From assembly GCA_041912555.1 (NCBI GenBank), contig JAYRMU010000063.1, forward strand, positions 103,236 through 167,235: 64,000 bases of DNA, read 5' to 3'. Shown here piece by piece: positions 46,581 to 55,363 of the stretch (positions are counted from its first letter, which is position 1; every line of letters begins with the position of its first letter). A model generated the notes under the pieces. It saw only the letters and a program-made list of their open reading frames with translations. It was not told the DNA's origin and searched no databases. The DNA is from Thermoanaerobaculia bacterium. Its GTDB lineage: Bacteria; Acidobacteriota; Thermoanaerobaculia; UBA5066; Gp7-AA6. A program made the position numbers and the translations under genes.

Positions 46581-47512
46581 CGGGCAGGGCCGCGTTCCTC
46601 TTTCCGGGCCAGCTCGCCGAGTGGGTCGGCATGGGCCGGGACTTCTACGACGCGGACCCGGAAGCGCGCGCTCTCTTCTCGCTCACGTCCGAGCGCTGCG
46701 GCCTCGATCTCGAGCGGATCCTGTTCGAGGGGCCCGCCGAGGAGCTTCGCGAGAACCTCCCGGCCCAGGCGGGGGTGTACCTCGTCTCGACCCTCGCGGC
46801 GCGGACGCTGGTCCGGTCCGGAGTCCGCCCGCGGGCCACGGCGGGATACAGCCTCGGCAACTACGCCGCGATGGTCGCGGCCGGAGGCATCTCGTACGAG
46901 GAGGCCCTCGACGTGCTCGTGGCCGTCTGGCGCGAGACGGGGCGGCTCGGGATCCGCGGCGGGATGGGCGCCGTCATCGGCGCGCGCCGCGAGGTCGTGG
47001 AAGCCGCCCTCGAGGGCCTGCGCGGCCGCGGCCTCCCGGTCTGGATCGGCAACGTCAATGCCTCGACCCAGTTCGTGCTGACCGGAACGGCCGAAGGCGT
47101 CGCCGCCGCCTTCGAGGAGCTGCGGCCCCGCGCGCTGTCGGTCCTTCCCCTGACGATGAGCTGGCCGATCCACAGCGAGCTCATGCGCCCCGTGGCCGAC
47201 GCGATCGCGCCGATGGTCGCGGCCCTGCGGAGCATCCGCGACCCGGACGTCCCGTATTACGGCCCGGAGGGAACCGTCGTCACCCGGGGCGGGGAGATCC
47301 GCCGCCTGCTCGGCACGGCCTTCTGCTTCCCGACGCTCTGGAAGGACACGTTCGAGCGCCTGGTCGCCGGCGGAGATCGGGTCTTCGTGGAGGCGGGCCC
47401 CGGCGAGATGCTCTCCAAGATGGTGCGCTGGATCGACCGGACGACGCGCTGCCACCCGGCGGGCAGTCTCGCCGCGATCCGGGCCGCCGTGGATATAGTC
47501 GGAGCCGGATGA
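46577..47512 (+). CDS. fabD: malonyl-CoA:ACP transacylase-like acyltransferase
   Basis: FLFPGQ...GYSLGNYAAMVAAG (GHSxG-type, here GYSLG)...VNASTQFVLTG. ATGA overlap with the deacetylase. Confidence 0.75.
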   Translation: MTGRAAFLFPGQLAEWVGMGRDFYDADPEARALFSLTSERCGLDLERILFEGPAEELRENLPAQAGVYLVSTLAARTLVRSGVRPRATAGYSLGNYAAMVAAGGISYEEALDVLVAVWRETGRLGIRGGMGAVIGARREVVEAALEGLRGRGLPVWIGNVNASTQFVLTGTAEGVAAAFEELRPRALSVLPLTMSWPIHSELMRPVADAIAPMVAALRSIRDPDVPYYGPEGTVVTRGGEIRRLLGTAFCFPTLWKDTFERLVAGGDRVFVEAGPGEMLSKMVRWIDRTTRCHPAGSLAAIRAAVDIVGAG

Positions 47513-48237
47513 AGACCGCGGTCGTGACCGGTGGCTCGCGCGGGATCGGCCGCGCGATCTCGCTCGAGCTCGCCGGAGCGGGGGCGCGCGTGGTCCTGAC
47601 GTGCCAGCGCGACGTCGAGCGGGCCGAGGCCACGGCCGACGAGATCCGCCGCGCCGGGGGCCAGGCGACCGCGCTCGTGATGGACGTCCTCAAGCCCGAG
47701 GAGGTCCGGGCGATGGCCGACCGCGTCGGGACCGATTTCGGAGGCGCCGACGTCCTCGTCAACAACGCGGGCGTCATCAAGGACGCCCTGTTCCCCTTCA
47801 TGAAGGAGGAGGACTGGGACTACGTCCTCGACGTCGATCTGAAGGGCGCCTTTCGGGTCACGAAGGCGCTCATCCGCGGCATGCTCCACAAGAGCTCCGG
47901 GCGCATCGTCAACATCGTGTCCGTGAGCGGGATCTCGGGCCACGCGGGCCAGGCCAACTACTCGGCGGCCAAGGGAGGGCTCATCGCCTTCACCAAGGCC
48001 CTCGCGCTCGAGCTCGCCCCCCGGGCCATCACGGTGAATGCCGTGGCGCCGGGCCTCGTCGACACCGAGATCATCGCGCACCTCAAGGACGAGGCGCGCC
48101 GCGAGTTCGTCGGGCGCATCCCGATGGCCCGGTTCGGCAGGCCCGAAGAGATCGCGGCGGTCGTGGGCTTCCTGGCGTCGGAGAAGGCGTCCTACGTCAC
48201 CGGGCAGGTCTGGCGCGCCGACGGGGGCATGGCGTAG
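47509..48237 (+). CDS. fabG: 3-oxoacyl-ACP reductase (SDR)
   Basis: VVTGGSRGIGRAI...NNAG...YSAAKGG (catalytic YxxxK)...GQVWRADGG. Confidence 0.85.
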   Translation: MKTAVVTGGSRGIGRAISLELAGAGARVVLTCQRDVERAEATADEIRRAGGQATALVMDVLKPEEVRAMADRVGTDFGGADVLVNNAGVIKDALFPFMKEEDWDYVLDVDLKGAFRVTKALIRGMLHKSSGRIVNIVSVSGISGHAGQANYSAAKGGLIAFTKALALELAPRAITVNAVAPGLVDTEIIAHLKDEARREFVGRIPMARFGRPEEIAAVVGFLASEKASYVTGQVWRADGGMA

Positions 48238-48270
48238 CTATAATCCCGTCGGAAGGAGACTCACCAACTC

Positions 48271-48531
48271 ATGTCCCGGCAAGAACTGGCGCCGCGCGTC
48301 AAGGACCTGATCGTGCGGCGGCTGAAGCTCGAGATCGACCCCAAGACGATCGACGACGCGGCGCCCCTCTTCGGCGAGGGCCTCGGCCTCGACTCGATCG
48401 ACGCCCTCGAGCTCGTGCTCGGGCTCGAGCAGGAGTTCCAGATCAAGGTCGAGGACGAGGAGGTGGGCGTCAAGGCCTTCGCCTCGGTCAACGCCCTCTG
48501 CGACTTCATCGACCAGAAGAAGACGGCCTGA
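48271..48531 (+). CDS. acpP: acyl carrier protein
   Basis: 86 aa. LGLDSIDALELVLGLE (DSL/DSI phosphopantetheine site). Confidence 0.85.
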   Translation: MSRQELAPRVKDLIVRRLKLEIDPKTIDDAAPLFGEGLGLDSIDALELVLGLEQEFQIKVEDEEVGVKAFASVNALCDFIDQKKTA

Positions 48532-48953
48532 TGGCGGGCGCCGCGCTTCCGCACGCCTACCCGTTCCGGTTCGTGGACACGGTGACCGAGGCGCGCGACG
48601 CGGCCTTCACGACCGGGCGGGCGCGCGCCCGCGTCTCGGCCAACGGGAGGGCCGCGATGGGGGAATCCTGGGGCAGCCCGCTCCTGTACGCCGAGGCGAT
48701 CGCGCAGGCGGCCCTGCTCCTCGAGGGCGGCGATCCCGGGCGGGCCCGTTCCGGTTTCCTCGCCGGCATCGAGAACTTTTCCGCCGAGCGCCCGCCCCGC
48801 GCGGGCGAGACCCTCGAGATCTCCGTGCGGCTGGCGGCGAAGTTCGGCGCCGTCGTCCGCTTCGACGGCGAAGTCCATTCGGATGCCGGGGTGCTTGCGC
48901 GCGGGAGCGTCCTGGTGCGCCAGGGCGCCGAGCCGGCCGGCGCGGAAGGCTGA
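48531..48953 (+). CDS. FabZ/FabA-like hot-dog fold beta-hydroxyacyl-ACP dehydratase
   Basis: LPHAYPFRFVDTV N-terminal motif typical of dedicated hydroxyacyl-ACP dehydratases. The start overlaps the ACP stop (TGATG). Confidence 0.65.
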   Translation: MAGAALPHAYPFRFVDTVTEARDAAFTTGRARARVSANGRAAMGESWGSPLLYAEAIAQAALLLEGGDPGRARSGFLAGIENFSAERPPRAGETLEISVRLAAKFGAVVRFDGEVHSDAGVLARGSVLVRQGAEPAGAEG

Positions 48954-48960
48954 GCGAGCC

Positions 48961-49332
48961 ATGAAGCTGACCGAAGAAGACCGCGGGGCGCACACGATCC
49001 TCAGGGTCGCCGGGACCCTCGCCGTCGGCGACGCCACGCGGGCGATCCAGGAACGATTCGAGAAGATCGGCAACGAGCGCTCCGGCGCCGTGGTCCTCGA
49101 CCTCTCCGGCCTCGAGCACCTCGACTCGACCGCGATCGGCGTCTTCGTCGGGGGGCTCAAGCGTTTCGAGGCCCAGGGACGGCGGTTCTACCTCGTGAAC
49201 CCGCGCGAACGGGTCGCGGCGGTCTTCCGCATCACCCACCTCGATTCCGTGTTTCGCGTGTTCCCGACCGTCGACGCCGCGCTCGCCGTGGCCAACCTGG
49301 CGTCGCAGGAAGAGGAGACGAGTGAGCACTGA
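48961..49332 (+). CDS. STAS-domain anti-sigma-factor antagonist (SpoIIAA-like)
   Basis: ILRVAGTLAVGDA...VVLDLSGLEHLDSTAIGVF...LVNPRERV. Confidence 0.75.
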   Translation: MKLTEEDRGAHTILRVAGTLAVGDATRAIQERFEKIGNERSGAVVLDLSGLEHLDSTAIGVFVGGLKRFEAQGRRFYLVNPRERVAAVFRITHLDSVFRVFPTVDAALAVANLASQEEETSEH

Positions 49333-49606
49333 GACCGCCGTCGCGGCCACGTGCGAGTGCACGCACGAGCCGCCGCACCGCTTCGTCATCGTCAGCCGCT
49401 CGCGCGCGGGCGCGGGCGTTCTCCTCGGCCTCCAGCGCGTGGACGAGCCCTATCCCAGGCGGGAGGTCTTCGTCACGGCGCGCGAGCTCAAGATGGGACA
49501 GGACAACGTGTACAAGGCCTGCTTCGTCTGCGTGGACCGCGGCTTTCGCGAGACGGCCATCGTGCTGCCCAAGGCCGACATCGAGCTGGGGCTGCCGCCC
49601 GCGTGA
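49322..49606 (+). CDS. small Cys-containing hypothetical protein
   Basis: 94 aa. CECTHEPPH...CFVCVD. Overlaps the STAS stop and the rpiA start. Confidence 0.4.
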   Translation: MSTETAVAATCECTHEPPHRFVIVSRSRAGAGVLLGLQRVDEPYPRREVFVTARELKMGQDNVYKACFVCVDRGFRETAIVLPKADIELGLPPA

Positions 49607-50313
49607 CCGGGCCCGCGCCGGACCGGTTCGCCGAGCTCAAGCGGCAGGCGGGGGAGCGGGCGGCGGCGCTGATCTCGTCGGGAATGGTGGTCGGCCTCGG
49701 AACCGGCTCGACCGCCGTCTTCGCCACGCGGCGCCTCGGGGCGCTGCTCGCGTCGGGCGCGCTGAAGAGCGTCGCGGGCGTGCCCACGTCCCGCGCCACG
49801 GCCGAGGAGGCCCGCCGGGTCGGGATCCCGCTGCTGTCCGAGGACATGCCGAGGGCGATCGATCTCACGATCGACGGCGCCGACGAGGTCGATCCCGCCC
49901 TCGAGCTCATCAAGGGCGGGGGCGGCGCGCTCTTCCGCGAGAAGATCGTGGCCCAGGCGAGCGGCCGCGTCGTCATCGTCGTGGACGAGTCGAAGCTCTC
50001 CGGCGCGCTCGGGACGAAGCATGCCCTCCCGGTCGAGGTCGCGCCCTTCGGGTGGAAGTCGCAGGAGCGGTTCCTCGTCTCCCTCGGCGCGACCCCGGTC
50101 CTGCGGGCGGCCGCCGACGGGAAGCCCTACGAGACCGACCAGGGAAACTGGATCCTCGACTGCGCCTTCGGACCGATCGCGGATCCGGCGGCGCTGGCGG
50201 AGCGGCTCGCCGCGCGGGCGGGGATCGTCGAGCACGGGCTCTTCTGCGGGATCGCGAGCGAGGTCATCGTCGCCGGCGAGCGCGGGATCCGCGAGCTGCG
50301 GCGGGAGGGTTGA
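49603..50313 (+). CDS. rpiA: ribose-5-phosphate isomerase A
   Basis: VVGLGTGSTA...DLTIDGADEVD...LIKGGGGALFREKIVA...VDESK. Confidence 0.85.
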   Translation: MTGPAPDRFAELKRQAGERAAALISSGMVVGLGTGSTAVFATRRLGALLASGALKSVAGVPTSRATAEEARRVGIPLLSEDMPRAIDLTIDGADEVDPALELIKGGGGALFREKIVAQASGRVVIVVDESKLSGALGTKHALPVEVAPFGWKSQERFLVSLGATPVLRAAADGKPYETDQGNWILDCAFGPIADPAALAERLAARAGIVEHGLFCGIASEVIVAGERGIRELRREG

Positions 50314-50850
50314 TCAGGACCAGTCGAGCGCGAGCCCGACGCCCTCGAGCGCCAGGAGCTTCGTCTTCGTGACGACGCCGCCCGGCGCCGAGAAGCCCCC
50401 CATCCACCCGCCCGAGCCCACGACGCGGTGGCAGGGAACGATCAGCGGGATCCGGTTCGCGCCGAGGGCCCGGCCGACCGCCCGCGCCTGCCCCGGGGCT
50501 CCGGCGAGCTCGGCCACCTCGCCGTAAGTGGCCGTCCTTCCCGCCTCGATCCGCCTCGCGGCGGCGTAGACGCGGCACGGGAAGTCCGCGATCCCGCTCC
50601 AGTCGAGGCGCACGGGCGCAAAGTCCTGGGGCTTCCCTCCCAGGTGCACCGCGATTCTCCGGATGGCCTCCGCGACCTCCGGGGGCGGATCGCCGGGGGC
50701 GGCTCCGTCGCGGGTCAGCCTCCGGACGGCCTTCTCCTCGTCCGCCTCCGGAAGCTGGACCAGCGCGATCCCGAGGTCGGTCCACGCGATCCCGCATCGG
50801 CCGAGCGGCGTGTCGAAGCGGGTGTAGCGGGGGGCGGCCATCTCACTCAA
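50314..50850 (-). CDS. ogt: methylated-DNA-protein-cysteine methyltransferase
   Basis: ATYGEVAELAG...RAVGRALGANRIPLIVPCHRVVGSGG (PCHR active site). The start may instead be the ATG at 50841. Confidence 0.85.
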   Translation of the reverse strand: MSEMAAPRYTRFDTPLGRCGIAWTDLGIALVQLPEADEEKAVRRLTRDGAAPGDPPPEVAEAIRRIAVHLGGKPQDFAPVRLDWSGIADFPCRVYAAARRIEAGRTATYGEVAELAGAPGQARAVGRALGANRIPLIVPCHRVVGSGGWMGGFSAPGGVVTKTKLLALEGVGLALDWS

Positions 50851-50963
50851 TCTAACCCGCCGCAGGCCCAGAAGGTTGCGGGCCGCGACGCCCCGTTGGC
50901 GGGCCGGTCCGGCCCGGGATCACTTGATTCCAGAGGGACTTGGGCGTTATCCTCCGCCTCCTT

Positions 50964-51048
50964 GCGAAAGTGGCGGAACTGGTAGACGCGCAGGTTTCAG
51001 GAACCTGTGGGTAACACCGTGAGGGTTCGAGTCCCTCCTTTCGCACCA
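50964..51048 (+). tRNA. tRNA-Leu (anticodon CAG), 85 nt including CCA
   Basis: GCGAAAGTGGCGGAACTGGTAGACGCGCAGGTTTCAGGAACCTGTGGGTAACACCGTGAGGGTTCGAGTCCCTCCTTTCGCACCA. Anticodon loop TTCAGGA. Long variable arm. Near-identical in architecture to E. coli tRNA-Leu(CAG). Confidence 0.9.
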
Positions 51049-51243
51049 ATCCCGTGGAAATCAGGCGGCGGTCGGGCGATCCCGGACGGCGGGACGTGCG
51101 CGCGCCGCGCGGAGGCTGCTGTAGGATTTCGTCGCTTCGTCCGGCTGCGCCTGCGCCAATTCCGGCGGCAGGTCCAGCCGGGTTTCGGTGATCGGGCACC
51201 GGTTCCGCGGGAGCCGGCAGGCCCAAGAGGAAAGGAAGGCGCT

Positions 51244-52710
51244 ATGGTCGGGTCGTTTCGTCGATGGTCGTCCGTCTCGCTCGCGTTGCTGGTCGGTGCC
51301 CTGTCCGCCTGCGGTCCCAAGGCGGAGCAGAAGGTCGCCGAGGTCGCCAAGGCCCCCGAGGCGCTGGTGAAGGAGAAAGAGGCCGAGGAGGCCGGCATCG
51401 AGGCCTACATCTACGCCTACCCCCTGGTGACGATGGAGCTCACGCGGCGCGTGTCCACCAACGTCGCGAGCCCCGAGGGCAGCAAGGCGCCCATGGGCCA
51501 GTTCGCCAAGTTGCGCGGCTACCCGGCGGTCGACGACCACTCGGTGACGGCGCCCAACGCGGACACGCTCTACACGATCGTCTGGCTCGACGTGACCAAG
51601 GAGCCGTGGATCGTGAGCGCGCCGGACATGAAGGGGCGGTTCTTCCTCCTGCCGATCCTCGACGGCTGGACGACCGTGTTCGCGGATCCCGGCAAGCGCA
51701 CCACGGGCACGGCCGCGCAGAAGTTCGCGATCACCGGTCCCGGCTGGACCGGCACGCTCCCGGCGGGAGTCACGGAGTACAAGTCCGCGACCGGCATGGT
51801 CTGGCTCCTCGGCCGGATCTACTGCACGGGCACTCCGGAGGACTACAAGGCCGTCCACGCCCTTCAGGACCAGATGAGCGCCGTGCCGCTGTCTGCGTAC
51901 GGCAAGTCCTACACGCCCGCGGCGGGCACGGTGGATCCGGCGGTGGACATGAAGACGTCCACCCGCGATCAGGTCGGCGCCCTGGACGCGAAGGCCTACT
52001 TCACGCTCTTCGCCCAGCTGCTCAAGACGAACCCGCCGACGGCCGAAGACGCGCCGATGGTGGCGACCCTCGCCAAGATCGGCATCGTTCCGGGGCAGGA
52101 CTTCGACGCCACCAAGCTCGATCCGGCGGTCCTGAAGGGCCTCTCCGACGTTCCGAAGAAGGCGAACGAGAAGATCATGGCCTGGATGAAGGAAGGGATC
52201 GTCGCCGGGGACATGAAGCTCTCGGACGGCTGGCTCTTCACCACCAAGACCGGCATCTACGGCACCGCCTACCGCCAGCGCGCGCTCATCACGGCGATCG
52301 GCCTCGGCGCCAACCGTCCCCAGGACGCGGTCTATCCGACCTCGGAAGGGCCCGACGCCCTCAAGTCCTACGACGGCTCGAAGAAGTACGTCATGCACTT
52401 CAACAAGGGCGAGCTGCCGCCGGTGGACGGGTTCTGGTCGCTGACGATGTACGACGCCAACTACTTCTTCGTGCCGAATCCGCTCAACCGGTACACCGTG
52501 AGCCAGCGCAACAAGCTCGCGACGAACGCGGACGGCTCCGTCGACCTCTACATCCAGAACGAGTCGCCGGGCAAGGCGAAGGAGCAGAACTGGCTCCCCG
52601 CGCCGAAGGACAAGTTCATCCTGATGATGCGCCTCTACTGGCCGAAGGAGAAGCCGCCCTCACTGCTCGACGGGACCTGGAAGGTTCCGGGCGTCAAGGA
52701 AGTCTCCTAG
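51244..52710 (+). CDS. DUF1254/DUF1214-family protein with an N-terminal lipoprotein signal
   Basis: Strong SD AGGAAAGGAAGG. Lipobox LSAC. EAYIYAYPLVTMELTRR (DUF1254). DGFWSLTMYDANYFFVPNPLNRY (DUF1214). Confidence 0.75.
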   Translation: MVGSFRRWSSVSLALLVGALSACGPKAEQKVAEVAKAPEALVKEKEAEEAGIEAYIYAYPLVTMELTRRVSTNVASPEGSKAPMGQFAKLRGYPAVDDHSVTAPNADTLYTIVWLDVTKEPWIVSAPDMKGRFFLLPILDGWTTVFADPGKRTTGTAAQKFAITGPGWTGTLPAGVTEYKSATGMVWLLGRIYCTGTPEDYKAVHALQDQMSAVPLSAYGKSYTPAAGTVDPAVDMKTSTRDQVGALDAKAYFTLFAQLLKTNPPTAEDAPMVATLAKIGIVPGQDFDATKLDPAVLKGLSDVPKKANEKIMAWMKEGIVAGDMKLSDGWLFTTKTGIYGTAYRQRALITAIGLGANRPQDAVYPTSEGPDALKSYDGSKKYVMHFNKGELPPVDGFWSLTMYDANYFFVPNPLNRYTVSQRNKLATNADGSVDLYIQNESPGKAKEQNWLPAPKDKFILMMRLYWPKEKPPSLLDGTWKVPGVKEVS

Positions 52711-52741
52711 CCCGTCGAAGCCTCGAAGCGTTTCGATCGGA

Positions 52742-52774
52742 CCGCCAGCACTCGCGTGCTGGCGGTCTTTTTTC
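52742..52774 (+). terminator. rho-independent terminator after the DUF1254/1214 gene
   Basis: CCGCCAGCAC-TCGC-GTGCTGGCGG perfect 10-bp stem followed by TCTTTTTTC. Confidence 0.8.
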
Positions 52775-52818
52775 GCCGGACGCCGGCTCCGCCCGCGCGG
52801 GCGAAGAGAGAACCGGCG

Positions 52819-53880
52819 TCAGCTCCTCCCGCGGATCTTCATGTCCACGAGCTCGTCGATCGAGACGTTCTTGTCGCGGGCCTTCGCGCGCTTGACGAAG
52901 TCGACCGAGACGCCGTGGATGCGCATCGAGACGAGGTCGTCGGCGGTCACGTCCCGGTACCCGAGGGCCTGGAGGTCGCGGACGAAGTCGGGCGTGACGC
53001 CGTGGATCTTCAGGCTGACGACGTCGTCGGCCGAGAGATCCCGATAGCCGAGGCGCTCCATCTCGCGCACGAACTCGGGGGTCGCGCCGTGGATGCGCAG
53101 CGAGACCAGGTCGTCCGCTCCGAGGCGCTCGCCGCGAGCCAGGCCCTTCATCTCCCGGATGAAGTCAGGCGTGACGCCATGAACGCGCATCGTGACGAGG
53201 TCCTCCGCGCTGAGACGGTCGTAGCCGAGGGCCCTCATCGTCCGGATGAATTCGGGGGTCGCGCCGTGGATGCGCATGGAGACCAGGTCGTCCGCGGGCA
53301 GGTGATGATAGCCGAGCGAGTCGAGGTCGCGAATGAACTGCGGCGAGGCGCCGTGAATTCGCATCGAGAGCACCTCGTCGATGGGGAGCTTCTCGTAGCC
53401 GAGGCTCCCGAGATCGCGCAGGAGGCCGCGGCTGACGTCGTGAACGGCCAGGGCGAAGGCCTCGTCCGCGGCGAGGTTGGCGTATCCCATCTTCGAGAGG
53501 GCGGTCAGATACTCGGGGTTGGGCTCGAAGGTGAACCGGCCGGAGCCGCCGGAGTCGTTGAGCTGTCCTTCGAAGCCGATCGTGCCGGCATCGCGGACCA
53601 TGCGGAAGCTCGCGGGCGTCTCGGAGGAGGAGGAGGGCCGGCGAAGTCCCTCGAAATCGCCGGCGTGGAACTCGTCGGACGAGGTCCAGTTCTCGGAGCC
53701 GGCCGGCGACCGCCGCTTGAGCGTGAGCTCGATGGATCCGCCCGGGCGGAAGTCGGCGAGCCACCGCCCGTGGACCGGCTCGGGGCTTCCGGGTTCGCTT
53801 CGAGCGAGACGGGCGGTCGGGAGCAGCGCGACCAGGCCGATTCCCAGGCACAGGCGGCGGAGGGCGGACGGGGATCTCAT
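52819..53880 (-). CDS. secreted tandem-repeat protein (about eight 29-31 aa repeats of the form L-x-ADDLVSMRIHG[AV]TP[ED]F[IV]R-x-M-x-x-LGY)
   Basis: Signal peptide MRSPSALRRLCLGIGLVALLPTARLARS. The repeats run from about residue 150 to the C-terminus. Confidence 0.65.
   Translation of the reverse strand: MRSPSALRRLCLGIGLVALLPTARLARSEPGSPEPVHGRWLADFRPGGSIELTLKRRSPAGSENWTSSDEFHAGDFEGLRRPSSSSETPASFRMVRDAGTIGFEGQLNDSGGSGRFTFEPNPEYLTALSKMGYANLAADEAFALAVHDVSRGLLRDLGSLGYEKLPIDEVLSMRIHGASPQFIRDLDSLGYHHLPADDLVSMRIHGATPEFIRTMRALGYDRLSAEDLVTMRVHGVTPDFIREMKGLARGERLGADDLVSLRIHGATPEFVREMERLGYRDLSADDVVSLKIHGVTPDFVRDLQALGYRDVTADDLVSMRIHGVSVDFVKRAKARDKNVSIDELVDMKIRGRS
52860..53435 (-). repeat. in-frame tandem repeats of about 87-93 bp encoding the RIHG-TPEF protein repeats
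   Basis: Periodic recurrence of ...gtgacgccgtggatgcgcat... / ...gcgccgtggatgcgca... blocks on the plus strand. Copy boundaries are estimated from the protein. Confidence 0.5.
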
Positions 53881-54023
53881 GGGTACCTCCGGTCATGAGG
53901 ACGGCCGAGAGAGAGAAAGGTTTCGTTCGGCCGCGCCCGCATCGCCGGCCGCGCCTCCCGGTCGGCGCCCGCGCCCCGATAGGATGCGGTCATGGGGCGC
54001 GGGTTCCAACTCGGTGATCGCGG

Positions 54024-54779
54024 GTGAATGCGAGCACCCTGCGCGATTTCCTGCGCCGGCGGCTCTCGCGGGAAGAGGTGGTCGGGCTCTCCTTCACGGT
54101 CAGCTCTCTCGCCTGCGCGTGCCTGGCGGTCGTGATCGGACTGCTGGCCCACGAGGTCGGGGAGGACCACGGGAGGCCGGATGCCTTCGACGTGACGGTG
54201 GGCAACGCGCTGGTCGGGGTTCGTTCGGAGTCCCTGAACCGGGCGATGTCGAACGTGACGATGCTGGGAGACTGGCGCCTGCTGGTCGTCGCGACGCCGG
54301 CCCTGATCCTCCTGCTCTGGAGGGCCGGCCACCACGTCTCCGGCCTTCTCTTCGCGGGGAGCGTTCTCGGAGGGTTCGGGCTGAGCTCGGTCCTGAAGGT
54401 CGCCCTCGCGCGCGCCCGCCCGGATCGCTGGCCCGCGCTCGTGACCGAATCGACGTACAGCTTCCCGAGCGGGCACACCGTGATGGCGACCGTCTTCTAC
54501 GGGGGTCTCGCCGCGATCGTGTTTCACCTCCGCAAGGGGCGCGGTGAGCGGGCGGCCGCCGTGGGCGGCGCCGCGCTCGTGGTCCTTTCGGTCGCGGCCT
54601 CGCGCGTGTATCTCGGGGCGCACTGGGCGACCGACACGCTGGCGGGAACGATGACGGGGCTGATCTGGGTGCTTCTCTATTCGGCGGCCGTGGAGTCGAC
54701 GGCGCGGCTCCGGGAGAGACGCCACGGTCCGCGGGGCGGCGGCCCGGCCGGCGGAGCAGGCGAGGCCTCAAGGGGATGA
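54024..54779 (+). CDS. PAP2-family membrane phosphatase (undecaprenyl-diphosphatase/phosphatidate phosphatase-like)
   Basis: KVALARARP...SFPSGHTV...SRVYLGAHWATD (the three PAP2 motifs). Confidence 0.75.
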   Translation: MNASTLRDFLRRRLSREEVVGLSFTVSSLACACLAVVIGLLAHEVGEDHGRPDAFDVTVGNALVGVRSESLNRAMSNVTMLGDWRLLVVATPALILLLWRAGHHVSGLLFAGSVLGGFGLSSVLKVALARARPDRWPALVTESTYSFPSGHTVMATVFYGGLAAIVFHLRKGRGERAAAVGGAALVVLSVAASRVYLGAHWATDTLAGTMTGLIWVLLYSAAVESTARLRERRHGPRGGGPAGGAGEASRG

Positions 54780-54919
54780 CGCTCCGCGATTTCTTCGCCG
54801 CGGCGGCGTTTCCGGCGGCCTTCCGGCAGCTCGGCCAGGCCGCGGAGGCCGCCTCCGCAGCTTATGACGCGGCCGAGGCACTCCTGGCGGAGCGGACGAA
54901 GCGGTTCCTGCCCCCTTAA
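54776..54919 (+). CDS. possible 47-aa small protein translationally coupled to the PAP2 gene
   Basis: ATGA overlap with the PAP2 stop. Ala-rich. No other support. Confidence 0.2.
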   Translation: MTLRDFFAAAAFPAAFRQLGQAAEAASAAYDAAEALLAERTKRFLPP

Positions 54920-55042
54920 GGCTCGAGAGCCCCGAGCCGTCCCGGGCCCGACCCGGCGGCCCGGCACTGCTCTTGCACTCTCCGTGGGTGGCTCCCGAGG
55001 AGCCGTCAACCAGGAGTCCAACGCTCCTGCGAGGAGGTTGCA

Positions 55043-55342
55043 ATGAGCATCGTGAGAAGGAGTTTCGGAATCGCGGGGCTCGCGGTCATGGCCGCCGGTG
55101 TGTGGTCCTGCGCGAGCTACAGGCAGGTGGCGGTCACGACGGACCCGTCGGTCGTGGCGAGCTGCCAGAAGCTCGACGACGTGTCGCTGCCGCCGGATCG
55201 GTCCTACGACGACGAGTCGAAGTCCCTGCTCGAGCTGGCGCGGGCCAAGGGCGCCAACTACCTGCTCGTCGAGAGCAACGACACGCACGTGCGCAAGGGA
55301 GTCGCCTACGCCTGCTCGATGCCCCCCACCGGCACGCACTGA
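55043..55342 (+). CDS. small lipoprotein (hypothetical)
   Basis: Signal and lipobox VWSCAS. 99 aa. Confidence 0.5.
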   Translation: MSIVRRSFGIAGLAVMAAGVWSCASYRQVAVTTDPSVVASCQKLDDVSLPPDRSYDDESKSLLELARAKGANYLLVESNDTHVRKGVAYACSMPPTGTH

Positions 55343-55363
55343 TCGCCGGGTCTCTGACGGAGG

